Made by a program: the position numbers and the translations under genes. The notes beneath the pieces were generated by a model. The model saw nothing but the letters and a program-made list of their open reading frames with translations, did no database searches and was not told where the DNA came from. Source: Anaerolineae bacterium (GTDB lineage Bacteria > Chloroflexota > Anaerolineae > JACIWR01). Taken from it: a stretch of DNA of 64,000 nt. Positions 8,984 through 16,439 of the stretch are shown here, piece after piece; the stretch's first letter is position 1, and each line of letters begins with the position of its first letter. The stretch covers positions 2,803-66,802 of the forward strand of contig JANLFX010000006.1 of NCBI GenBank assembly GCA_024653325.1, written 5' to 3'.

Positions 8984-10822
8984 ATGGCTTATGTGTACAC
9001 TGGCAAATTGCTGCGCGTAGACCTGGCCGCCGGACGATGGGTGATTCAGGAAATCACCGACGACATGGTACGCGGTTACCTGCTGGGTAGCGGCCTGGCC
9101 GCTGGGCTTTTCTACGACGAGATGGATCCCCAGCAGGATGCTCTGGACCCCTCCAGTCCACTGTATTTTATGACCGGATTGTTGACCGGTACTCTGGTGC
9201 CCACAGGATGCCGCAGCTCAATCTGTGGCCGTTCACCATTGACCGGTATCTGGAATGAGTCCGGTGTCGGCGGGTATTGGGGGGCGGAACTGCGTTTCGC
9301 CGGTTTCGACGGCATCGTGGTTACCGGCAGGGCCAGTCATCCCGTGTATCTTTGGATTCACGATGGGACGGTGGAACTGCGCCCGGCTGATGAGCTGTGG
9401 GGCAAGGACTGTTTTGAGACGAAAGAGCAGTTACGAACGAAAACCGATCCCGATGCCGAGATTGCCTGCATAGGTCCGGCTGGAGAGAACTTGGTGCGGG
9501 TTGCTGGGGTGATGTTCCTTGGCAGAGTGGAGCGCGCCGCCGGTCGAGGGGGGATGGGGGCAGCGATGGCTGCCAAGAACTTGAAAGCCATTGCTGTCCG
9601 TGGCACACGCCGGCCCAAGTACGCGGATGAAGCTGGCTTGCGGGCCCAGGTCAAAGCCGACAATGCCGACATTCGCGATAAATCGGTCAGCCTGTCGCTG
9701 CTGGGTACCGCTGGCGGTGTACCGGCCACCGAAGCCACCGGCGATTTGCCCATCAAAAACTGGTTGCTGGGCAGTTGGCCGGAGGGCGCACAGACCACAT
9801 CGGGCCAGCATATGTTCGAGCTCTATCCCCCGAAGCATACCCATTGCTTCTCCTGCCCCATCGGCTGTGGAAAGAACATCGAAATCCGGGAAGGGCCGTA
9901 TGCTGGCGTGTCCGGCCATGCTCCGGAGTACGAGACCCTGGGCGCTTTCGGGGCTATGCTTCTGAACCCGGACGTGGCCGTGATCGCCAAGGCCAACGAG
10001 CTGTGTAATCGCTACGGCCTAGACACCATCTCCGTTGGCTCAGCCATTGCCCTGGCCATGGAAGCTTACGAAAAGGGTCTGCTCAGCGCTGATCAAACGG
10101 GTGGACTTGACTTGACGTGGGGCAACGCAGAGGCTATTATCGCTCTGGTGGAAAGAATCGCCCGGCGCGAGGGGCTGGGCGACCTGCTGGCCGATGGAGT
10201 GCGGGCTGCTGCTGAGCGGTTAGGGCCGGAGGCGGAGGAAATGGCCATCCACGTCAAAGGGTTGGAGTTGCCTATGCACGACCCGCGCGCCTTCGTGGAT
10301 ATGGCCGCTAACTATGCCACCGCCAACCGGGGGGCCTGTCACCTGGAAGCCCTTTCCTATTGGCGTGGCTACGGCCTGGAATGGCCCGGTTGGGGGTATA
10401 CCGGCCCATATAATCGCCTGGATAGCACCGGTAAAGGGCGGGTGGCCTTCGATTTCCAGAACTACATGAGTGTTTTCAACCCCTTGGGACTGTGTAAATT
10501 CATCGTCAAAGGTGGGGTCGAACCAGCCACCGTGGCCCGTTGGGTGAGTCTGGCTCTGGGCTGGGGCCTGGATGCCGATGGTTTGTTACATCTGGGCGAG
10601 AAATTGTTCAACCTGCGGCGGCTGATCAACGTTCGCTATGGCATCAGACGCAAGGATGATACTTTGCCTCGCCGCCTGCTCACCTGGCCCCGCCCATCGG
10701 GGTCAGCCCAGGGGGTCTTGCCCGACCTGGAGAACATGTTGGCCGAATACTACCAACTGCGCGGTTGGACTGCTGATGGTATACCCAGCCCGGAAAAGCT
10801 GGCCGAATTGGGATTGGCCTGA
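8984..10822 (+). CDS. aldehyde:ferredoxin oxidoreductase family (tungstopterin) enzyme
   Basis: GGGAGG (8971-8976) lies 7 nt before ATG 8984. MAYVYTGKLLRVDLAAG..., GGRGLAA-like N-domain, ELCNRYGLDTISVGSAIALAMEAYEKG, C-terminal YYQLRGWTADGIPSPEKLAELGL. These are typical AOR family features. Confidence 0.9.
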   Translation: MAYVYTGKLLRVDLAAGRWVIQEITDDMVRGYLLGSGLAAGLFYDEMDPQQDALDPSSPLYFMTGLLTGTLVPTGCRSSICGRSPLTGIWNESGVGGYWGAELRFAGFDGIVVTGRASHPVYLWIHDGTVELRPADELWGKDCFETKEQLRTKTDPDAEIACIGPAGENLVRVAGVMFLGRVERAAGRGGMGAAMAAKNLKAIAVRGTRRPKYADEAGLRAQVKADNADIRDKSVSLSLLGTAGGVPATEATGDLPIKNWLLGSWPEGAQTTSGQHMFELYPPKHTHCFSCPIGCGKNIEIREGPYAGVSGHAPEYETLGAFGAMLLNPDVAVIAKANELCNRYGLDTISVGSAIALAMEAYEKGLLSADQTGGLDLTWGNAEAIIALVERIARREGLGDLLADGVRAAAERLGPEAEEMAIHVKGLELPMHDPRAFVDMAANYATANRGACHLEALSYWRGYGLEWPGWGYTGPYNRLDSTGKGRVAFDFQNYMSVFNPLGLCKFIVKGGVEPATVARWVSLALGWGLDADGLLHLGEKLFNLRRLINVRYGIRRKDDTLPRRLLTWPRPSGSAQGVLPDLENMLAEYYQLRGWTADGIPSPEKLAELGLA

Positions 10823-10837
10823 AACGGAGTGAAAACT

Positions 10838-11413
10838 ATGACCGAAGCCGATATTGCGCGAAAGCCCTGGACCGTGCTGTCCTCGGAATTACTGGTGAAC
10901 CGCCCACCATGGCTGCAACTGTGGGTCCAGAACGTTGCCCTGCCCAATGGGACTACTATCGAGGGTTATCTTATCGCCGAGGAACGGGACGTGGCAATGG
11001 TCTTCGCTCTCACAGGCGATCGGCAGGTGTTACTGGTGGAACAATATAAGCACGGCATAGGTCAGGCTGAGCGCGACCTGCCTGCCGGCTACCTGGATGC
11101 CGAGGACCGATCACCCCTGGCCGGGGCCCAGCGCGAATTGCGTGAGGAGACCGGCTACGCAAGTGAGCATTGGCGGCATTTAGGCAGCTTCGTGCTTAAT
11201 CCTAACCGCTCGGCCAATCTTTTCCACTACTTTCTGGCTTATGGCGTCTACCCGCAGACGGAACCCGAGTGGGACGAGACCGAGGCGCTTATCCTCCACC
11301 TGGTAGACCTGGCAGACATCGGACTCATGGTACGCCGGGGTGAGATTGCTTCCATGGCCTCGGCATTGGGGATCCTCCTGGCTCTGGACGCTCTTAGTGC
11401 AGGACAAGCTTAA
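10838..11413 (+). CDS. NUDIX hydrolase (ADP-ribose pyrophosphatase-like)
   Basis: ATG 10838 lies 9 nt after GGAG. Nudix box GAQRELREETGY. Confidence 0.85.
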   Translation: MTEADIARKPWTVLSSELLVNRPPWLQLWVQNVALPNGTTIEGYLIAEERDVAMVFALTGDRQVLLVEQYKHGIGQAERDLPAGYLDAEDRSPLAGAQRELREETGYASEHWRHLGSFVLNPNRSANLFHYFLAYGVYPQTEPEWDETEALILHLVDLADIGLMVRRGEIASMASALGILLALDALSAGQA

Positions 11414-11485
11414 GGTGGTCCTATAGAGGGCAGCCCCTGATCGCCGAGGGTCTCCCGGCCGAGGCGAAAGGGGGCTCGGTGAGTT

Positions 11486-11520
11486 AAGGTGACCGTCACC
11501 TCCCAGGTGACGGTCACCTT
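11486..11520. repeat. perfect 16-bp-arm inverted repeat (hairpin or operator) downstream of the NUDIX gene
   Basis: AAGGTGACCGTCACCT ccc AGGTGACGGTCACCTT. No T-tract follows, so it is not a canonical terminator. Confidence 0.8.
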
Positions 11521-11535
11521 AGTGCCGTCGTGGGC

Positions 11536-11564
11536 TAGACACAAAAGGAAAAGTGTGATACAAT
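11536..11564 (+). promoter_or_regulatory. candidate promoter TAGACA - 17 nt - TACAAT (TG-extended) abutting the start codons
   Basis: TAGACA 11536-11541, 17-nt spacer, TGaTACAAT 11556-11564. ATGs at 11565, 11571 and 11574 follow immediately, which implies a leaderless or near-leaderless mRNA. Confidence 0.45.
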
Positions 11565-12284
11565 ATGATTATGATGGTTCAACAGACTCCTGTTCTAACC
11601 GACGAAGAACTTCTCGATATTTTGGAAACCCGCCTTCCCGACTTGCTGGACCGCCATCCTGAGCTGCAACGGCGTGCATACGCGGCTTTCATGACCGTTT
11701 TTGCCCGCCGCGAGGAAGTGGCGGCCATAATGGCCGAATTGCGTGAATTCCGGCAAGAGACTGCTCAGCGCTTTGAACAGATAGACCAACGCTTTGAACA
11801 GATAGACCAACGCTTTGAACAGATAGACCAGCGCTTTGAGGAAGTAGATCAACGCTTCGAGCAGATGAGCAAACACTTTGAGGATTTGCAGGACTGGGTG
11901 GAATTAGTAGTAGGGCGTCTTCAGGTGCGCTCTGGGCGCAACCTGGAGGATGTGGTTGCTGCTGCTTTGCGCCTGGCTCTCAAACGCCCGGATATTCGAC
12001 CTGAAAGTATTCGTCTGCGTCAGAAGATAGTGGATGCTGAGGGCTGGGTTTTTCCCCGCGGTCGTCAGAAAGAGGTAGACCTGGTAGCAACCGATGATGA
12101 GTACCTGGTGTTCGAGGTTAAAAGCGCCGCTGAAGTAGATGACGTGGACTACTTTGCGGACAAGGTCGAACTGGTGCGGCTTTTGAACCCTGATAAAACG
12201 GTACGTGGTGTGTTCATCACCCTGGCCCCCGAGCCAGATGTCCGACAGCGTTGCCAGGAACTGGGGATTGAATTGGCCCGATAA
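11565..12284 (+). CDS. heptad-repeat (DUF3782-like) coiled-coil protein with a C-terminal PD-(D/E)XK-like nuclease fold
   Basis: ORF 11565..12284; the true start may be ATG 11571. (Q)RFEQID repeats, then ...KEVDLVATDDEYLVFEVKS (D...ExK pattern of restriction-endonuclease-like folds). Confidence 0.8.
   Translation: MIMMVQQTPVLTDEELLDILETRLPDLLDRHPELQRRAYAAFMTVFARREEVAAIMAELREFRQETAQRFEQIDQRFEQIDQRFEQIDQRFEEVDQRFEQMSKHFEDLQDWVELVVGRLQVRSGRNLEDVVAAALRLALKRPDIRPESIRLRQKIVDAEGWVFPRGRQKEVDLVATDDEYLVFEVKSAAEVDDVDYFADKVELVRLLNPDKTVRGVFITLAPEPDVRQRCQELGIELAR
11769..11894 (+). repeat. in-frame 21-bp tandem repeat (three near-identical plus three degenerate units)
   Basis: cgctttgaacagatagaccaa at 11769, 11790 and 11811, decaying through 11832, 11853 and 11874. 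Encodes RFEQIDQ x3, RFEEVDQ, RFEQMSK, HFEDLQD. Confidence 0.9.
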
Positions 12285-12400
12285 ACGGATTGACATAAGT
12301 GCCACTGACTGAGAACCAGCAGTGAGCATGACCAAGGCATTACACAAATTCAGTCGCTTGGATCGCGGTGCGACCGAGACGGCGGCAATAGCCCATGGAT

Positions 12401-12427
12401 GTAGGACAAGTTGGCAACTTGTCCCAC
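12401..12427. repeat. GTAG-flanked hairpin element
   Basis: GTAGGACAAGT tggc AACTTGTCCCAC. Confidence 0.75.
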
Positions 12428-12432
12428 TGATT

Positions 12433-12462
12433 GCCCCCGGATTGCACCGGGGGCTTTTTGTT
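12433..12462 (+). terminator. rho-independent terminator
   Basis: GCCCCCGG attgca CCGGGGGC followed by TTTTTgTT. Confidence 0.8.
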
Positions 12463-12607
12463 CCCAAAGCGTTTAATCGCCACGGGGCGGATCTATTACT
12501 CACCGGTTTCAGGTTCAAAATCTCCAGTGCAGTTCACCACCCCGCCCCACCCAACATGAAACTTGTAACCTGGAACCCGGAACTGTAGGAATGAGGAGGC
12601 TCAAACT

Positions 12608-13201
12608 ATGGAAAAGACAGAACGTTCTTTCACCGGTTGGCTACAACTCAGCACCCGGGACCTGGCAGTGGCCGGCATTTTCGGGGCCCTGTCCATTGTC
12701 CTGGCAGTTACACCCCTAGGGATGATTCCCGTGCCCAATATATCTGCTGCGGCTACTACCCTGCACATTCCGGCGATTATCGCTGCCATAGTCTCCGGGC
12801 CGGTAGTAGGGGCGGTGGTGGGTTTGATCCTGGCCATCACTTCCTGGTACTACTATAGCGCCATCTTCCTGAACTTCATGGGCGGCAATCTCCTCTTTGC
12901 CCTGCTGGACGCTTTCCTGCCGCGCATCCTGATCGGGGTCCTGGCCTACTACGCTTTCCGCCCCCTGCGCAGGCGACCATCAGTAGCCGCCGGCGTGGCT
13001 GCGCTGGTCGGCACGCTGACCAACAGCCTCGGCGTGCTGGGCTTATTGCTCCTTCTGGGCACGGCAAACGCGACGGTGATGATCCCGGTGGTGCTGACCA
13101 ACGTACCCTTCGAGATCATCCTGTCCATTGTGGTGACTATCCCCGTAGTGGCCGCTCTGCGTGCTGCCTGGGGAGCGCAGATCGCCGGTACGCGGGGCTA
13201 A
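12608..13201 (+). CDS. ECF transporter S (substrate-capture) component, substrate unknown
   Basis: GAGGAGG RBS. About six TM helices, MEKTERSFTGWLQLSTRDLAVAGIFGALSIVL... Immediately upstream of ecfA-ecfA'-ecfT. Confidence 0.85.
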   Translation: MEKTERSFTGWLQLSTRDLAVAGIFGALSIVLAVTPLGMIPVPNISAAATTLHIPAIIAAIVSGPVVGAVVGLILAITSWYYYSAIFLNFMGGNLLFALLDAFLPRILIGVLAYYAFRPLRRRPSVAAGVAALVGTLTNSLGVLGLLLLLGTANATVMIPVVLTNVPFEIILSIVVTIPVVAALRAAWGAQIAGTRG

Positions 13202-13206
13202 AATCA

Positions 13207-14037
13207 GTGCGCCCATTTATTGAAATTGAGGACCTCGAATACGCTTACCCGCTGGAGGGCGGGGATCAGATCGTGGCTTTGCGCGGTGTGAACCTGACTA
13301 TTGAGCGAGGAGAGTTTGTAGCTTTGATCGGACCCAATGGTTCAGGAAAATCCACCCTGGCCAAGCATCTCAATGCCCTGCTTCTACCCACTGCCGGTAG
13401 GGTGTGCATTGACGGCCTGCAGACATCAGACCCGGGCAATGTGGGTACTATAAGGCAAAAAGTGGGGATGGTCTTCCAGAATCCTGATAACCAAATCGTG
13501 GCCACTACCGTCGAGGAAGACGTAGCTTTTGGGCCGGAGAACATGGGCATCCCCCCCGAGGAAATCAGGCGGCGGGTGGATAGCGCCCTGGTCGCTGTGG
13601 GCCTATCCGCTTATCGCCAACATCCCCCGCAAATGCTTTCCGGGGGCCAGAAACAATTGGTGGCCATTGCTGGAGCTCTGGCCACCCGCCCGTCTTGCAT
13701 CGTGTTCGACGAGCCGACCTCGATGCTGGATCCCGTGGGCCGTCGCCAAGTGCTCAACACGATCCGCTGGCTGAACACTGCGGAAGGCATCACGATCCTG
13801 TTGATCACCCATTCCATGTCCGAGGCGGCCATAGCCCAACGGGTGCTGGTCATGGAAGCGGGCCGCCTGGTGATGGACGGCGCTCCGGCACTCGTCTTTG
13901 GACAGGGCACTCGGTTGCGGGCATTGGGCCTGGACTTGCCACCTATCGTGGACATCGCTCAGAGATTGCGAACCTGGGGCCTGTCGCTGCCCCAGACTGT
14001 GCTTACTGTTCAAGACATGGTGGATGCGCTGTGTTGA
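13207..14037 (+). CDS. ecfA1: energy-coupling factor transporter ATPase
   Basis: GTG start. GPNGSGKST Walker A, LSGGQKQ signature, IVFDEPTSMLD Walker B. Confidence 0.9.
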   Translation: MRPFIEIEDLEYAYPLEGGDQIVALRGVNLTIERGEFVALIGPNGSGKSTLAKHLNALLLPTAGRVCIDGLQTSDPGNVGTIRQKVGMVFQNPDNQIVATTVEEDVAFGPENMGIPPEEIRRRVDSALVAVGLSAYRQHPPQMLSGGQKQLVAIAGALATRPSCIVFDEPTSMLDPVGRRQVLNTIRWLNTAEGITILLITHSMSEAAIAQRVLVMEAGRLVMDGAPALVFGQGTRLRALGLDLPPIVDIAQRLRTWGLSLPQTVLTVQDMVDALC

Positions 14038-14897
14038 TTCAGGTGGAGAATCTAACCCATATTTATAGCCAGGGTACTCCATTCGAGCACGTGGCCTTGC
14101 GTGAGGTGAACCTGGAGATCGCAGCCGGGGAGCGAGTTGGGATTCTGGGACCGACGGGCTCTGGAAAATCAACCCTGGTGCAACTCCTGGCCGGTTTGTT
14201 CAAACCGACGTCCGGCCGCGTACTGTTGGAAGGGGAGTCTATCCACGGTAAAGAGGCTACAGCCCGCCGACTCCGCCTGCAAGTGGGCCTGGCCTTTCAG
14301 TACCCAGAGGATCAGATTTTCGAGCAGACCGTGTTCCGCGAGATAGCCTTTGGACTGCGTAACCTGAACCTGAGGAGAACTGAGATCGAGGCGCGGGTTA
14401 ACTGGGCTTTAGAGATGGTGGGACTGAATCCAGCGGCCGTGGCCCAGCGCATGCCCTTTGCGTTGAGCGGCGGTGAGAGGAGGCGCGTGGCCCTGGCCAG
14501 TATCTTGGCCATGCACCCCCGGGTGTTGATCCTTGACGAACCAACGGCCGGGCAGGACTCACAAGGCCGGCGGGCATTGCTGGAAAACGTGGGTAGGTGG
14601 CAGCGAGAAACGGGTATGACCTTGATCATAGTCTCTCACGCTCTGGAAGACCTGGCTGTCTTGGTGGAGCGGGTGATAGCGTTGAAAGAAGGCCGTGTGG
14701 TGGCTGACGGGCCAGCGCGCCAGGTGTTGAGCGACGCGCCGTTACTCCTTGACATCGGGCTGGATGTGCCGGAGCCGGTGGCGCTTTTACAGGCCCTGCG
14801 GCAGGCGGGCAAAAACGTACGCGTTGACTGCTTCCTGCCTGCCGAAGCCGCTGCCGAGATCGCTCGCGCCTGGGGCCTTCAGGAGATAGTTTCGTGA
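14031..14897 (+). CDS. ecfA2: energy-coupling factor transporter ATPase (second copy)
   Basis: GTG 14031 overlaps the ecfA1 stop (frame of ORF 13695..14897). VLIQVENLTHIY..., GPTGSGKST, LSGGERRR, LILDEPTAGQD. Confidence 0.9.
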   Translation: MLIQVENLTHIYSQGTPFEHVALREVNLEIAAGERVGILGPTGSGKSTLVQLLAGLFKPTSGRVLLEGESIHGKEATARRLRLQVGLAFQYPEDQIFEQTVFREIAFGLRNLNLRRTEIEARVNWALEMVGLNPAAVAQRMPFALSGGERRRVALASILAMHPRVLILDEPTAGQDSQGRRALLENVGRWQRETGMTLIIVSHALEDLAVLVERVIALKEGRVVADGPARQVLSDAPLLLDIGLDVPEPVALLQALRQAGKNVRVDCFLPAEAAAEIARAWGLQEIVS

Positions 14898-15682
14898 ACG
14901 CGATTCCCTTCGGCATGTATGTGCCCGGCGATTCGATTCTGCATCGCCTGGACCCCCGCGTCAAAATGGGCGCAACTCTGCTCTTGATGGTCCTTCCTTT
15001 CGCCGTACATGGTCTGGCAGGTCACATCGTGCTTTCGACTTTCCTCTTGGCGTTGGTGCTCATCGCGGGCGTATCCCTCAGTGATCTGGGGCGCACCCTG
15101 CGCACGGTGTTCTGGATCGCCTTTCTGATGTTTTTTCTTTACCTGTTCACCACGCCGGGGGAACCTCTCGTGGCCGTGGGCCGCATCGCTGTCACCCGGC
15201 AAGGGGTATTATCCGCTGGCATACAGATATATCGCCTCTGCCTGCTGGTTATCAGCGCCTCGCTACTGACTTTCACCACCTCGCCCGTTCAACTGGCTCA
15301 CGGGCTGGAGGCCATGCTGTTCCCGTTGGAGCGAATTCGGTTGCCAGTGCGTGAGTTGGCCATGGTCCTGACCATCGCCCTGCGTTTCGTGCCCACCCTG
15401 CAGGAGGAAATAGATAAAATCGCCAAAGCGCAGCGGGCCCGGGGAGTTGACTTAAGCGCGGGCGGTCCATTGCGCAGGGCGCGTAATCTGGTGCCCATTT
15501 TCGTGCCCGTCTTTGTCTCCGCCTTCCGCCGCGCTGACGAACTGGCCATGGCCATGGACGCTCGCGGCTTTCGCGGTGCGGCCCATCGCACCCACATGCG
15601 AAAACTGTATCTCGGCCTTCAGGATTTGCTGGCCGCACTGGTCGTGTTAGGACTTGCCCTGGTAACCATCTGGCTGAAATGA
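14894..15682 (+). CDS. ecfT: energy-coupling factor transporter transmembrane (T) component
   Basis: GTGA overlap with ecfA2. CbiQ/EcfT-like, with ARG-type coupling helices (AQRARGVD, MDARGF). Confidence 0.9.
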   Translation: MNAIPFGMYVPGDSILHRLDPRVKMGATLLLMVLPFAVHGLAGHIVLSTFLLALVLIAGVSLSDLGRTLRTVFWIAFLMFFLYLFTTPGEPLVAVGRIAVTRQGVLSAGIQIYRLCLLVISASLLTFTTSPVQLAHGLEAMLFPLERIRLPVRELAMVLTIALRFVPTLQEEIDKIAKAQRARGVDLSAGGPLRRARNLVPIFVPVFVSAFRRADELAMAMDARGFRGAAHRTHMRKLYLGLQDLLAALVVLGLALVTIWLK

Positions 15683-15726
15683 ACATGGCCTCTTTCCCTA
15701 AAAACATGTTTGTGGTATACTAACCC

Positions 15727-15750
15727 GTAGGGCAGGTTGCCAAACCTGCC
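15727..15750. repeat. GTAG-flanked hairpin element
   Basis: GTAG GGCAGGTT gcca AACCTGCC. Confidence 0.7.
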
Positions 15751-15788
15751 GCCCATTGCGGCGGCTCTCACTTACCGGACATTTTTGC

Positions 15789-15871
15789 ATCACGAATGGC
15801 GCGAATAAACAAATTACACGAATGCCACCAAAAACGTTTGTGCTATTCGCCTAATTCATACGATTCGTGAT
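15789..15871. repeat. long imperfect hairpin of cacgaat/cgaataaac quasi-repeats
   Basis: atcacgaatggcgcgaataaac (15789-15810) faces tattcgc...attcgtgat (15845-15871). Matched blocks are TATTCGC and ATTCGTGAT, with an asymmetric bulge between them. Confidence 0.6.
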
Positions 15872-15877
15872 AGCAAA

Positions 15878-15903
15878 GCGGCGGTTATGAAAAGCCGCCC
15901 TAC
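15878..15903. repeat. hairpin ending in CCCTAC, same word as in the 59 kb array
   Basis: GCGGCGGTTatgaaaAGCCGCCCTAC. Compare GGCGGCTatggaaAGCCGCCCTAC at 59048, 59148 and 59248. Confidence 0.7.
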
Positions 15904-15968
15904 CGGCACACGTATTCTCCCGGACCGGGCACCAGGTGGGCCGATTTCAAAGAAAGGACGGGCAAGAC

Positions 15969-16439
15969 ATGTCATACACAGATTGGGCAGAAAAGGTGCT
16001 GGCTGACGATGAGGAGTTCCTCGTCCCGGTGAAGAAGCTATGGCTTCAGGCAATGGATGCGGGAGTCGCTCCCGGCGTGTCGCTGGACGAGTTTGCCCAG
16101 ACGTTGCAGGCCGACGGACGTTTTGAGTTCTACGAGGGGATTGACTTCGGGGATGGTGCCCCGGAGGAGCGGCAGATGATGGAGGAGCTGGGTTACTTCA
16201 GTGGGCCGCGCGTCCGACTTCTGGCGCGGGAGATCACCGCCATTGATCTGGCCGGGGCTATTAAACGCAGCACCGATCGGATGATGGAAGCTCTGCAAGA
16301 GGCCTGGGATCTGCGTCCAGAGGGCGATGAGGAGGCCGAAACCGAGTTGTTGGAATTGATGGCCATGGCTCAAAAGCTGCAGCGCGAGGTCAACCAGGTG
16401 ATGGAGGAGGCGGTCCAACAGCAAGAGGAAGATGAGTAA
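15969..16439 (+). CDS. acidic hypothetical protein, translationally coupled to topA
   Basis: ATG 15969 (MSYTDWAEKVLADDEEF...), GAAAGGA upstream. Very acidic C-terminus (QQQEEDE). Its 3' end overlaps the topA start by 8 nt. Confidence 0.6.
   Translation: MSYTDWAEKVLADDEEFLVPVKKLWLQAMDAGVAPGVSLDEFAQTLQADGRFEFYEGIDFGDGAPEERQMMEELGYFSGPRVRLLAREITAIDLAGAIKRSTDRMMEALQEAWDLRPEGDEEAETELLELMAMAQKLQREVNQVMEEAVQQQEEDE

Noticed and set aside
12296-12312. GCCACTG 'B12 box'-like string after the heptad-repeat gene
   Set aside because: It is an isolated heptamer without the surrounding cobalamin riboswitch core. It also lies upstream of a terminator rather than a gene start.
11904-12588. ORFs 11904..12518 (minus) and 12322..12588 (plus) in the region after the heptad-repeat gene
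   Set aside because: The first is antisense to a real gene and crosses a terminator. The second spans two hairpins and a terminator and has no RBS.
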